Of a stretch of DNA of 40,000 nt, positions 28,438 to 35,964 are shown piece after piece (the first letter of the stretch is position 1; every line of letters starts with the position of its first letter). The stretch is from an uncultured Ignavibacteriales bacterium (lineage in GTDB: Bacteria; Bacteroidota; Ignavibacteria; Ignavibacteriales; Ignavibacteriaceae), in NCBI GenBank assembly GCA_963848195.1, contig CAWKCY010000002.1, forward strand, positions 58,853 through 98,852, written 5' to 3'. The position numbers and the translations under genes were made by a program. The notes under the pieces are model-generated. The model was not told where the DNA came from. It saw only the letters and a program-made list of their open reading frames with translations, and made no database searches.

Positions 28438-28616
28438 GCCTAACATATTTATTGAGTTGTTTTACTATCCTTTTATTAATGTCTATATTTAGACATTAAT
28501 GTCTACATATACACATCTTTTTCCCAAATGTCTATATATAGACATATTTAAATGTCTATATATATACATTTTTCAATTTTCGAAGTGACCTCATTTAATT
28601 TCTTTTCCTAAAATAT
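28438..28616 (-). other. putative attI region with the recombination junction G|TTAGGC
   Basis: The minus strand reads ..ctcaataaatatGTTAGGCac (28444-28438). This is the first GTTRRRY downstream of intI, and no attC precedes it. Confidence 0.55.
28479..28569. promoter_or_regulatory. four tandem 18-bp palindromic operator-like sites ATGTCTA-N4-TAGACAT
   Basis: Sites at 28479-28496 and 28528-28545 are perfect. Sites at 28499-28516 (TAcACAT) and 28552-28569 (TAtACAT) each have one mismatch. Confidence 0.6.
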
Positions 28617-28970
28617 TTAAGTTACTATTCTATCTTCAAAACCTAATGCTAATATATCTTTATATGGTAACTCCCACAATTTTAATTCCCTATTCCACTT
28701 TCCACCTGCATTTTTTATCAAACTGCCTATTTTTACTTCGCCGTAATTAACTTTTACATGCAGAATCTTATTTAATTGTATTCTATCACAATTCCTATTC
28801 CAATCCTTTTCGTCTACAATTATTTCAACAGTGGTTAATTTTTTCTTCTTCTCCTCATCAATCCTATATCTAATACATATAAGCTTTTTACCGTATTTTC
28901 TCTCCCAGCTCTTTGTCCCGTTTTGACTCGGGTACAATGTCCTTTTAACTTTCATAAATTTATTTCTCAT
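28617..28970 (-). CDS. conserved small hypothetical protein between intI and attI
   Basis: 117-aa basic protein (..LICIRYRIDEEKKKKLTTVEIIV..GGKWNRELKLWELPY..), starting 38 nt after the intI stop on the same strand. Confidence 0.6.
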   Translation of the reverse strand: MRNKFMKVKRTLYPSQNGTKSWERKYGKKLICIRYRIDEEKKKKLTTVEIIVDEKDWNRNCDRIQLNKILHVKVNYGEVKIGSLIKNAGGKWNRELKLWELPYKDILALGFEDRIVT

Positions 28971-29008
28971 TGAAAAATTTCAATCTTATTTCTTACACAA
29001 CTAAACCA

Positions 29009-29932
29009 CTACAATTTATCTGCTGGACTCTTTACTCCCATTCCTCCTTTTCTCATAACATGAGTATAAATCATTGTGGTATTTAAATCTTCATGGCCAA
29101 GTAATTCCTGAACTGTTCTTATATCATAACCATCTTCTAAAAGATGGGTTGCAAATGAATGACGGAAAGTATGACAACTGCCTTGCTTTTTTATTCCTGA
29201 ATTTTTTATCGCAACTTTCACTACTCTTTGAAGTACACTTTCATCTATATGATGTCTTCGTTTCAATCCTGTCCTTTTATCTACCGATATTTGTGAAGAT
29301 GGAAATACATATTGCCAACCTAATTCTTTATTTGCATTTGGATATTTCTCTTCCAATGCATATGGTAAATAGACTCCTCCCAAGCCTTTTTTGATATCTT
29401 CATTATGTAGATTTTCAACTTTTATTAAATGACGGTTCAATTTATCTTTTATAATTTCCGGTAAAATTGTAACTCGATCTTTACTACCTTTTCCATTCCT
29501 TATATTTACTTGGTTATATTCAAAATCTATATCCTTAACTCGTAGCCTGATACATTCCATTAAACGCAATCCTGAACCATATAATAAATTCGCCATTATC
29601 CAGTTTACTCCCGTCAATTTAGTCATTACAGCTTTCACTTCAGTTTTGGTAAATACAACTGGTAATCTCTTCCCTTTTTTTGCCCAAATTAATTCTAATT
29701 TTTCTAATTCTTTGTTTAATACATGCTTATATAAAAATATTATAGCACATAAAGCCTGGTTTTGAGTTGAACTCGAAACATTTCTTTTTACGGCTAAATA
29801 ACTGATATATTTACTAATTTCATTCGCCCCAAGTAATAAAGGATGTTTTTTTTCATGAAATAAAATAAAATCCCTTATCCAATTAATATAAGTTTCCTCC
29901 GTTCTCTTACTATAATGACTAACTCTCATCAC
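29009..29932 (-). CDS. intI: integron integrase
   Basis: Tyrosine recombinase motifs ([47 protein letters not shown]). Also the IntI-specific insertion ALEEKYPNANKELGWQYVFPSSQISVDKRTGLKRRHHIDESV. Confidence 0.9.
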   Translation of the reverse strand: MMRVSHYSKRTEETYINWIRDFILFHEKKHPLLLGANEISKYISYLAVKRNVSSSTQNQALCAIIFLYKHVLNKELEKLELIWAKKGKRLPVVFTKTEVKAVMTKLTGVNWIMANLLYGSGLRLMECIRLRVKDIDFEYNQVNIRNGKGSKDRVTILPEIIKDKLNRHLIKVENLHNEDIKKGLGGVYLPYALEEKYPNANKELGWQYVFPSSQISVDKRTGLKRRHHIDESVLQRVVKVAIKNSGIKKQGSCHTFRHSFATHLLEDGYDIRTVQELLGHEDLNTTMIYTHVMRKGGMGVKSPADKL

Positions 29933-30316
29933 TGTTTTTATCTGTTCTATTAATTTTGGCTTTTTAGGTATGTAGCCTGTAAGACTGTCTTTATTTGTTT
30001 TTTTTTATTTCTTCCCCGAAATAGTTTTGAGCTTTATTAAAAATAAACTTTATTTTTTACTATTAACAAGAATTTTTCCCACCACCAACCCCCAACCACA
30101 TACAACCAACAAACTATTGGACACAGCTTCGCCAATTGAGCCACATCAACGTTTGGGGTAATAAAATTAAGGGTCCATAGAAAGTTCTCCCGTGCCCCAT
30201 TTTATTTTATGAACAATTTAATTTATATCGAAAAAATCTAATTTTCAATACAATTCTTTTAATAAAATAAAAATTCCCAAAAGTAAAATAGAAATAGACG
30301 GATATAAATATCCAAT

Positions 30317-30440
30317 TGACCACCAACTTCTAACTTCTGGATCCATCTGTCCACTGACTTCTGATCCCAGACCTCTGACTTCTGTGTGCCGACTAATGAC
30401 CATCTGACCTCAGATCTCCGACTTCTGACCTCCAACTTCA
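30317..30440. repeat. degenerate tandem repeats (minus-strand motif CAGAAGTCRG)
   Basis: ccaacttctaacttctgg / ccactgacttctgatc / gacctctgacttctgtg / ccgacttctgacctccaacttc. Confidence 0.7.
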
Positions 30441-31114
30441 CTGCCATAGGTAGCCGAGTACCTAACCACATTTCCTTCATTATCTTTGGTAGCTGTACAG
30501 ACTAATAATACTTTCCCATTGTATCCTGCCAGTTTATTCCTGGTAAACCAGTCAAAATTTACAACTGCCTCCAGTTTTTCATCCGGATCAAAATCGGCTT
30601 CCGTATAAATAAACGGCATTACTATATAATAATTGTCATTCTCATCAACAGGGTCAAATCCAGTTAGAATCATAAAAATGATAAGTTCTTTTTCATAATC
30701 ATTGAAGTCCGTTTTACCCTTGAGCGGTGCCAGATTAACAGTAATCCTCTCTTCAGAAACAGCCATAGAATCTACCGCAAGATCAAAGCCGCCGGGAGTA
30801 ATTATATTCTCTGCAGTCGGTTTTTGCGGATCTGCAAATTGATAATTCCTTTGAATCACTGTATTGTAAACAGAAAGACCTGCCGCTCTTATTTTATCCC
30901 AGATTTTATTTAAGTCATCAATATCGCTGACAGTCTTTGCAATCCGGGAACATACAGAAAATCTGTTTCTTCCTTTAACTGCACCGGGACTTTGTGAAAC
31001 ATTGAACTCTTTAGGACGAGCACTTATAATAGTCTCACCGTTCTTTATTCTTGCCGAGAGATCTCCTACTCTCCCGCTTAAATTGCCGAAAGCTGAACCC
31101 TCTAATTTAGCCAT
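30410..31114 (-). CDS. hypothetical protein (N-terminus reminiscent of DUF6266-type proteins)
   Basis: 234-aa ORF, MAKLEGSAFGNLSGRVGDLSARIKNGETIISARP... The family assignment is from memory only. The 3' end runs into a tandem-repeat tract. Confidence 0.5.
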   Translation of the reverse strand: MAKLEGSAFGNLSGRVGDLSARIKNGETIISARPKEFNVSQSPGAVKGRNRFSVCSRIAKTVSDIDDLNKIWDKIRAAGLSVYNTVIQRNYQFADPQKPTAENIITPGGFDLAVDSMAVSEERITVNLAPLKGKTDFNDYEKELIIFMILTGFDPVDENDNYYIVMPFIYTEADFDPDEKLEAVVNFDWFTRNKLAGYNGKVLLVCTATKDNEGNVVRYSATYGSEVGGQKSEI

Positions 31115-31182
31115 GATAGAACTCCTTATATATTGTGAATTATAATTTTATAATAAATGAACGTTAATTCTTACTGCAAAAT

Positions 31183-31412
31183 AAAGCATCAATAATTTTT
31201 TGTCACTGTAGTTTTTTCGCATAGTCTGTAATATCTATTGCAGTTCACTTTAGCAAACTGATTTAAGGATGATAATAAATAGAATAGAGGCTAAATTAAA
31301 GCATCAATATTATTTTGTCACTGTAGTTTTTCTAAAAGTCTGATTCAACTGTAAAATCCATTGCAGTTCACTTTAGTAAACTGATTTATGAATAGTTACA
31401 TAGAATAGGGGC
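31183..31412. repeat. two tandem copies of a roughly 115-bp unit
   Basis: aaagcatcaata.ttttgtcactgtagttttt...attgcagttcactttagYaaactgattta...atagaatagRgg occurs at 31183 and again at 31298. Confidence 0.8.
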
Positions 31413-31659
31413 TTTAGCCCATTTAGTATATTGTAAAAAGAAATAAAACCTTCGACAACTTTTAAAAAGCAATTCCCCAACTACAATTCCCAAACTCCAG
31501 ATAAAACTACCTGCCCTGCCGGCCTGCAAAATTCCCCGAAATAAGTACAACCTTTGATTAACATATTTAAAATTTTAATTTTGAAATTAAGATATATTTA
31601 TTTTTTGTTACGGAATTTTGGAACAATACATCAATTGATGGAACCGTTATAGCTCCCTC

Positions 31660-32602
31660 CTAACTCCAAGACAACTCCAAGGTAACTCCAAGATAACTCC
31701 AAGGTAAATCCAAGCTATTCAAATAAAAATCAAACGGATCCTCCTGATCCATATCTATTATCTCCATATCTGCTTTATACATAGTTAATTTTCCGAATCC
31801 TAACTTTCCTCCCTTGTAATACATATAATTTGAAGCACTCGAATCCGGGTTAAGAGGAGATGCATTCTTTGTCATAAAAGTTTGAATTACCTCTCCCTTT
31901 CCCACCTGAAGCTTTTCAAGGTGACCTTCTATTCTGGGAGGCGGCAGCATTTTGGAAGGATCATGATAAAAGTCATTGTCAACTATTTCCGCACCCCTGT
32001 TTTTGTCCACCCTTAAAAGATCCTCCAATTCTAACTTAAAAAATTTCATCAGTCCGCTTACATTGATACCCAAAACATCCGTTTTTACCGGATGAAGCCT
32101 AATCTTTCCTTCAGGAGTTACGCTAACCTCCGATAAAATAGTAAAAGGGATACCCTTCATTTTCCCTTCTTGCTTCAATTTATCTCCTTCAGTACTTACT
32201 TTGATATCTTTTAAAGAAAATCCTTTAAACCCAAAGACGTAACGGTTTAATAAATTGCTTAGACTTTTCATATCTAATGAAATAATTGCATTTTCTAAGC
32301 TTAAAAGAATTCCCCTCATCAAATACCGGATAACCATTTTTTTTGACTGCAATTAATTCCCCCTGAAGCCTTTTTATTTTCATTATAATGTCCGTATCTA
32401 TCCTAAAATTTACATTTTTTATTTCCGTTTGAACATCAGTCCCGTTTATTTGCACCGGGAAATTAGTACTGTCTATTTTCTCATTTTTCTCATTGTTTTC
32501 TCTTATCACTTTTATATCTCTAAAAAAAAGCGCAATTACACAAATTACCAAAAAGATAATAATTATCGGTAAAGAAAACTTTATTATTCTTAGGGGTTCC
32601 AT
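31660..32602 (-). pseudogene. membrane-anchored hypothetical protein split at an A8 tract (or phase-variable / assembly error)
   Basis: ORFs 32225-32602 and 31660-32352 fuse into one roughly 314-aa frame if one A is removed from the homopolymer at 32337-32344. Confidence 0.55.
31661..31715. repeat. five copies of an 11-bp tandem repeat (WAACTCCAAGR)
   Basis: taactccaaga caactccaagg taactccaaga taactccaagg taaatccaagc. Confidence 0.8.
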
Positions 32603-32670
32603 CAGAATCTCATAATAATTATAAACTTAGTACACCTATTCATAAATACAGTGACGTATTTTATTAATTT

Positions 32671-32815
32671 TAATCATAATCACTCCTTTTTTAATCATAT
32701 CCTTAATAGTATTTGATCGTAATCATGCTAGTAATCGTAATCATGCTTGTAATCCTACTCTTACTCGTAATCTTACTCATACTCGTAATCTTACTCATAC
32801 TCGTGCTCGTACTCA
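32671..32815. repeat. hexanucleotide-periodic tract (about 17 units of CNTAMT type)
   Basis: cgtaat catgct agtaat cgtaat catgct tgtaat cctact cttact cgtaat cttact catact ... Confidence 0.8.
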
Positions 32816-32931
32816 TTTCCCAAAAAGAATCATAGATAGAATAAGAAGTTATTATATCTTTACAAAAAAATGACCAAAACTTTACCTATTATTTCCTTAT
32901 TTTAAAAAGTTTAAATAATTATTCGTTTTTA

Positions 32932-33984
32932 ATGAAAATTGCAATCTTATTATCAGGCGGGGTCGACAGCTCGGTTGCCTTAAAACTATTAAAAAATGCC
33001 GGCCATAATCTTACCGCATTCTATCTTAAAATATGGCTCCAGGATGAATTCTCGTTTCTTGGTGAATGCCCATGGGAAGAAGATTTGAACTATGTCCGGA
33101 AAGTCTGTGAAAAAGAGAATATTCCGCTGGAAATTCTGCCCTTACAAACAGAATACTGGGATTCAGTCGTTTCCTACACTATTTCCGAAATAAAAGAAGG
33201 CCGTACCCCAAATCCCGATATTTTCTGCAACAGCCTTATAAAATTCGGTCAGTTTTATGATAAAATCGATAATTCTTTTCAGAAAGTTGCCAGCGGTCAT
33301 TATGCTAAAGTTGAAAAACTAAACGGAAAATATGCCTTAAAAATTGCCCCCGACCCTGTAAAAGATCAAACCTATTTTTTATCATATCTAAAACAGACGC
33401 AATTATCCAGAGCTCTGTTTCCACTGGGGGAATTTAATAAATCTCAAGTGAGGGATCTGGCAGAGCAGTTTGACCTCCCGAATAAAAATAGAAAAGACAG
33501 CCAGGGCATATGCTTCTTAGGTCAAATTAAATTTAATGATTTTATTAAACACCATTTGGGTGAAATTAAAGGCGACATAATCGACTCGGATACAAATAAA
33601 AAATTGGGAGAACATGACGGATATTATTACTATACAATTGGCCAAAGATCCGGACTAGGGTTATCAGGAGGCCCCTGGTATGTCGTTGAAAAAGATATCA
33701 AAAATAATTTGGTATTTGTATCTAAAGAAAACAAAATAAAAAGAGAAAGAGATACTTTTTTTGTAACAAATCTAAATTGGATTCTGGAATCAAAACCCGA
33801 TAAAAAAGATATTAAAACTAAAATAAGACATGGCAAATTTTACTATGATTGTCATATAGAATTTGAAAAAGAAAATCTTTTAAAAGTACAGCTAGATAAA
33901 AAAGATAAAGGAATAGCACCCGGTCAGTTTGCTGTCTTTTATCAAAATGATTTATGTCTCGGCGGCGGAGTGATTGTAAATTAA
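32932..33984 (+). CDS. mnmA: tRNA 2-thiouridine(34) synthase
   Basis: 350 aa with a PP-loop (LLSGGVDSSVA) and the conserved ..DSQGICFLG.. motif. Confidence 0.93.
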   Translation: MKIAILLSGGVDSSVALKLLKNAGHNLTAFYLKIWLQDEFSFLGECPWEEDLNYVRKVCEKENIPLEILPLQTEYWDSVVSYTISEIKEGRTPNPDIFCNSLIKFGQFYDKIDNSFQKVASGHYAKVEKLNGKYALKIAPDPVKDQTYFLSYLKQTQLSRALFPLGEFNKSQVRDLAEQFDLPNKNRKDSQGICFLGQIKFNDFIKHHLGEIKGDIIDSDTNKKLGEHDGYYYYTIGQRSGLGLSGGPWYVVEKDIKNNLVFVSKENKIKRERDTFFVTNLNWILESKPDKKDIKTKIRHGKFYYDCHIEFEKENLLKVQLDKKDKGIAPGQFAVFYQNDLCLGGGVIVN

Positions 33985-34088
33985 CTTATCTTGATAAATA
34001 AATGCAACATTTTTAAGTTTACAACCGTCTAATCTGATTACTTTCTTTTAGATTATTTATTGATAACAATTAAATAAGAGGTTCAACA

Positions 34089-35072
34089 TTGGAGATTACT
34101 GCATTAAATGAAAAAATTAAACAGGAAAGTGTTTTTATTGACCGGCTTCAAAATGAAATAAGCAAAGTAATAGTAGGTCAAAAAGCAATGGTGGAAAGGC
34201 TGCTCGTAGGACTTTTAGCTAACGGCCATATTTTACTTGAAGGTGTTCCCGGATTAGCCAAAACTCTTGCAATAAAAACTCTTGCATCCACAATGACTGC
34301 AAAATATCAAAGAATCCAATTCACACCTGATCTTCTTCCTGCAGATTTAGTGGGTACAATGATTTATAATCAAAAAGATGGTAACTTCTTTATTCGAAAA
34401 GGTCCCATCTTTTCAAACTTCATTCTCGCTGATGAAATTAACAGAGCTCCCGCCAAAGTTCAAAGTGCACTTCTGGAAGCAATGCAGGAACGCCAGGTAA
34501 CTATAGGAGAAACCACCTTCCATCTGGAGGAACCTTTCCTTGTGCTTGCAACTCAAAATCCGATTGAACAGGAAGGTACTTACCCTCTGCCGGAAGCTCA
34601 AGTCGATAGGTTTATGCTCAAAGTGAAGATTACTTACCCTTCAAGGGATGAGGAATTAAAGATCATGAGACAGAATGTTAATCTTGATCAATTACAGGTA
34701 CAGAAAGTAATTACTCCCGAAGAAATTTTAAAAGCAAGAAATTTGATTCAAGATGTTTACGTTGACGAAAAAATAGAAAAATATATTCTTGATATAGTCT
34801 TCGCAACTAGGAATCCCAAAGAATATAACCTTTCTAAGCTTTCCGATTTAATTAACTACGGTGCCTCTCCAAGAGCTTCTATTAACTTAGCCTTAGGAGC
34901 AAAAGCAATGGCTTTTATAAAAAGAAGAGGTTATGTGATTCCCGAAGATGTAAGAGCAATCTGCCTCGATGTTTTAAGACACCGTATTGCTGTTACTTAT
35001 GAAGCCGAAGCAGAAGAAATTACTACAGAATACGTTATTCAGGAGATTTTGAACAAAGTGGAAGTACCTTAA
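34089..35072 (+). CDS. moxR: MoxR-family AAA+ ATPase
   Basis: 327 aa with Walker A (GVPGLAKT), Walker B (ILADEINRA) and VLATQNPIEQEGTYPLPEAQVDRF. TTG start. Confidence 0.92.
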   Translation: MEITALNEKIKQESVFIDRLQNEISKVIVGQKAMVERLLVGLLANGHILLEGVPGLAKTLAIKTLASTMTAKYQRIQFTPDLLPADLVGTMIYNQKDGNFFIRKGPIFSNFILADEINRAPAKVQSALLEAMQERQVTIGETTFHLEEPFLVLATQNPIEQEGTYPLPEAQVDRFMLKVKITYPSRDEELKIMRQNVNLDQLQVQKVITPEEILKARNLIQDVYVDEKIEKYILDIVFATRNPKEYNLSKLSDLINYGASPRASINLALGAKAMAFIKRRGYVIPEDVRAICLDVLRHRIAVTYEAEAEEITTEYVIQEILNKVEVP

Positions 35073-35088
35073 TTAATATTTTAGGATT

Positions 35089-35964
35089 ATGCTCACTAAG
35101 GAACTATTAAAACAAGTTCGACAGATTGAAATAAAAACCAAAGGTCTTGTAAACCAGGTTTTCTCCGGTGAATATCATTCCGTTTTTAAGGGAAGAGGAA
35201 TGGAATTTTCCGAAGTTAGGGAATATCAATTCGGCGATGATATAAGAAATATCGACTGGAATGTTACTGCTCGCTTCGGACATCCTTTTATCAAAATTTT
35301 TGAAGAAGAACGGGAATTGACCGTTATGCTCCTCGTCGATTTAAGCGGCTCTCTTATCTTCGGTACTCTGGAAAAAACAAAACAACAGGTAGCTGCAGAA
35401 TTAAGTGCAATTCTTGCTTTTTCTGCAATGAAAAATAATGATAAGGTAGGATTGCTCCTTTTTACAGATAAAATAGAAAAGTTTGTTCCCCCAAGAAAGG
35501 GAAGGGTACACGTTTTAAGGATAATTAGAGAAGTTTTATCGTTTGAACCAGCCGGAAAAACAACTAATATAAAAGGTGCTCTTGAGTATATGAACAATGC
35601 TATAAAGAAGAAAAGCATCGTTTTTCTTGTTTCCGATTTTATGGACTCAGGCTATGAAAAAATCTTAAGAATAGTAGGTAAAAAGCATGACCTAATCGGA
35701 ATAGTATTAGATGATCAACGAGAAAAAGAAATTCCCAGAATGGGTTTAATTAAATTTATTGATGCCGAAACTGGAAGGGAACGTTGGGTAGATACTAGCA
35801 GTAAAACCTTTCAAAAAAACCTGGCTTCTTTTGGCTGGAATAATATGGAAAAACTAAAATCTCTTTTTACATCTAGCAGAATTGATAATATTGAAGTACA
35901 CACCGGCGAGAATTACATCAAGCCCCTTGTACGGTTTTTCAGACTCAGGGAAAGCAGATGGTAA
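35089..35964 (+). CDS. DUF58 domain protein (vWA-like, MoxR partner)
   Basis: 291 aa with REYQFGDDIRNIDW and VDLSGSL motifs. Confidence 0.88.
   Translation: MLTKELLKQVRQIEIKTKGLVNQVFSGEYHSVFKGRGMEFSEVREYQFGDDIRNIDWNVTARFGHPFIKIFEEERELTVMLLVDLSGSLIFGTLEKTKQQVAAELSAILAFSAMKNNDKVGLLLFTDKIEKFVPPRKGRVHVLRIIREVLSFEPAGKTTNIKGALEYMNNAIKKKSIVFLVSDFMDSGYEKILRIVGKKHDLIGIVLDDQREKEIPRMGLIKFIDAETGRERWVDTSSKTFQKNLASFGWNNMEKLKSLFTSSRIDNIEVHTGENYIKPLVRFFRLRESRW

Larger units (their letters stand above)
6953..29932 (-). mobile_element. chromosomal integron: intI, attI and about 15 cassettes, all on the minus strand
   Basis: An IntI-type integrase plus 13 repeats, each with RYYYAAC...GTTRRRY ends, paired L boxes and a bulged T. 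Mostly one ORF (sometimes two) lies between repeats, and all ORFs are co-oriented. Confidence 0.85.

Noticed and set aside
6953-28444. Regularly spaced repeats that could suggest a CRISPR array
   Set aside because: The repeat units are 187-321 bp with internal hairpins and RYYYAAC/GTTRRRY ends. The 'spacers' are 0.4-2.4 kb and contain co-oriented ORFs. There are no cas genes. This is an integron cassette array.
28404-28446. N-terminal extensions of cassette ORFs into attI/attC (starts at 28446, 17612 and 19974 in the track)
   Set aside because: The extensions are encoded by recombination-site sequence. Internal starts give proper signal peptides or lipoboxes.
28479-28569. Palindromes as LexA (SOS) boxes
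   Set aside because: TGT-N10-ACA spacing does not match CTGT-N8-ACAG or GAAC-N4-GTTC boxes. The sites are downstream of intI, not in its promoter. No LexA motif for this clade is known to me.
28140-29394. ORFs 28140-28322 (-) and 29074-29394 (+)
   Set aside because: One is in an alternative frame of the first cassette gene and the other is antisense to intI.
30121-30165. tRNA-like 5' half on the minus strand (gttgatgTGGCTCAATTGGCGAAGCtgtgtcc) upstream of intI
   Set aside because: The D-stem does not pair (GCTC versus GAAG). There is no T-arm (GGTTCRANYC) and no acceptor 3' complement downstream. At best it is a degraded tRNA remnant.
29933-30260. A classical divergent attI upstream of intI
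   Set aside because: There is no GTTRRRY junction followed by cassettes or attCs on that side. All attCs and the GTTAGGC junction lie downstream of intI.
30259-30480. 73-aa ORF (..EVRSRRSEVRWSLVGTQKSEVWDQKSVDRW..)
   Set aside because: It is a conceptual translation of the tandem-repeat tract and overlaps the end of ORF 30410-31114.
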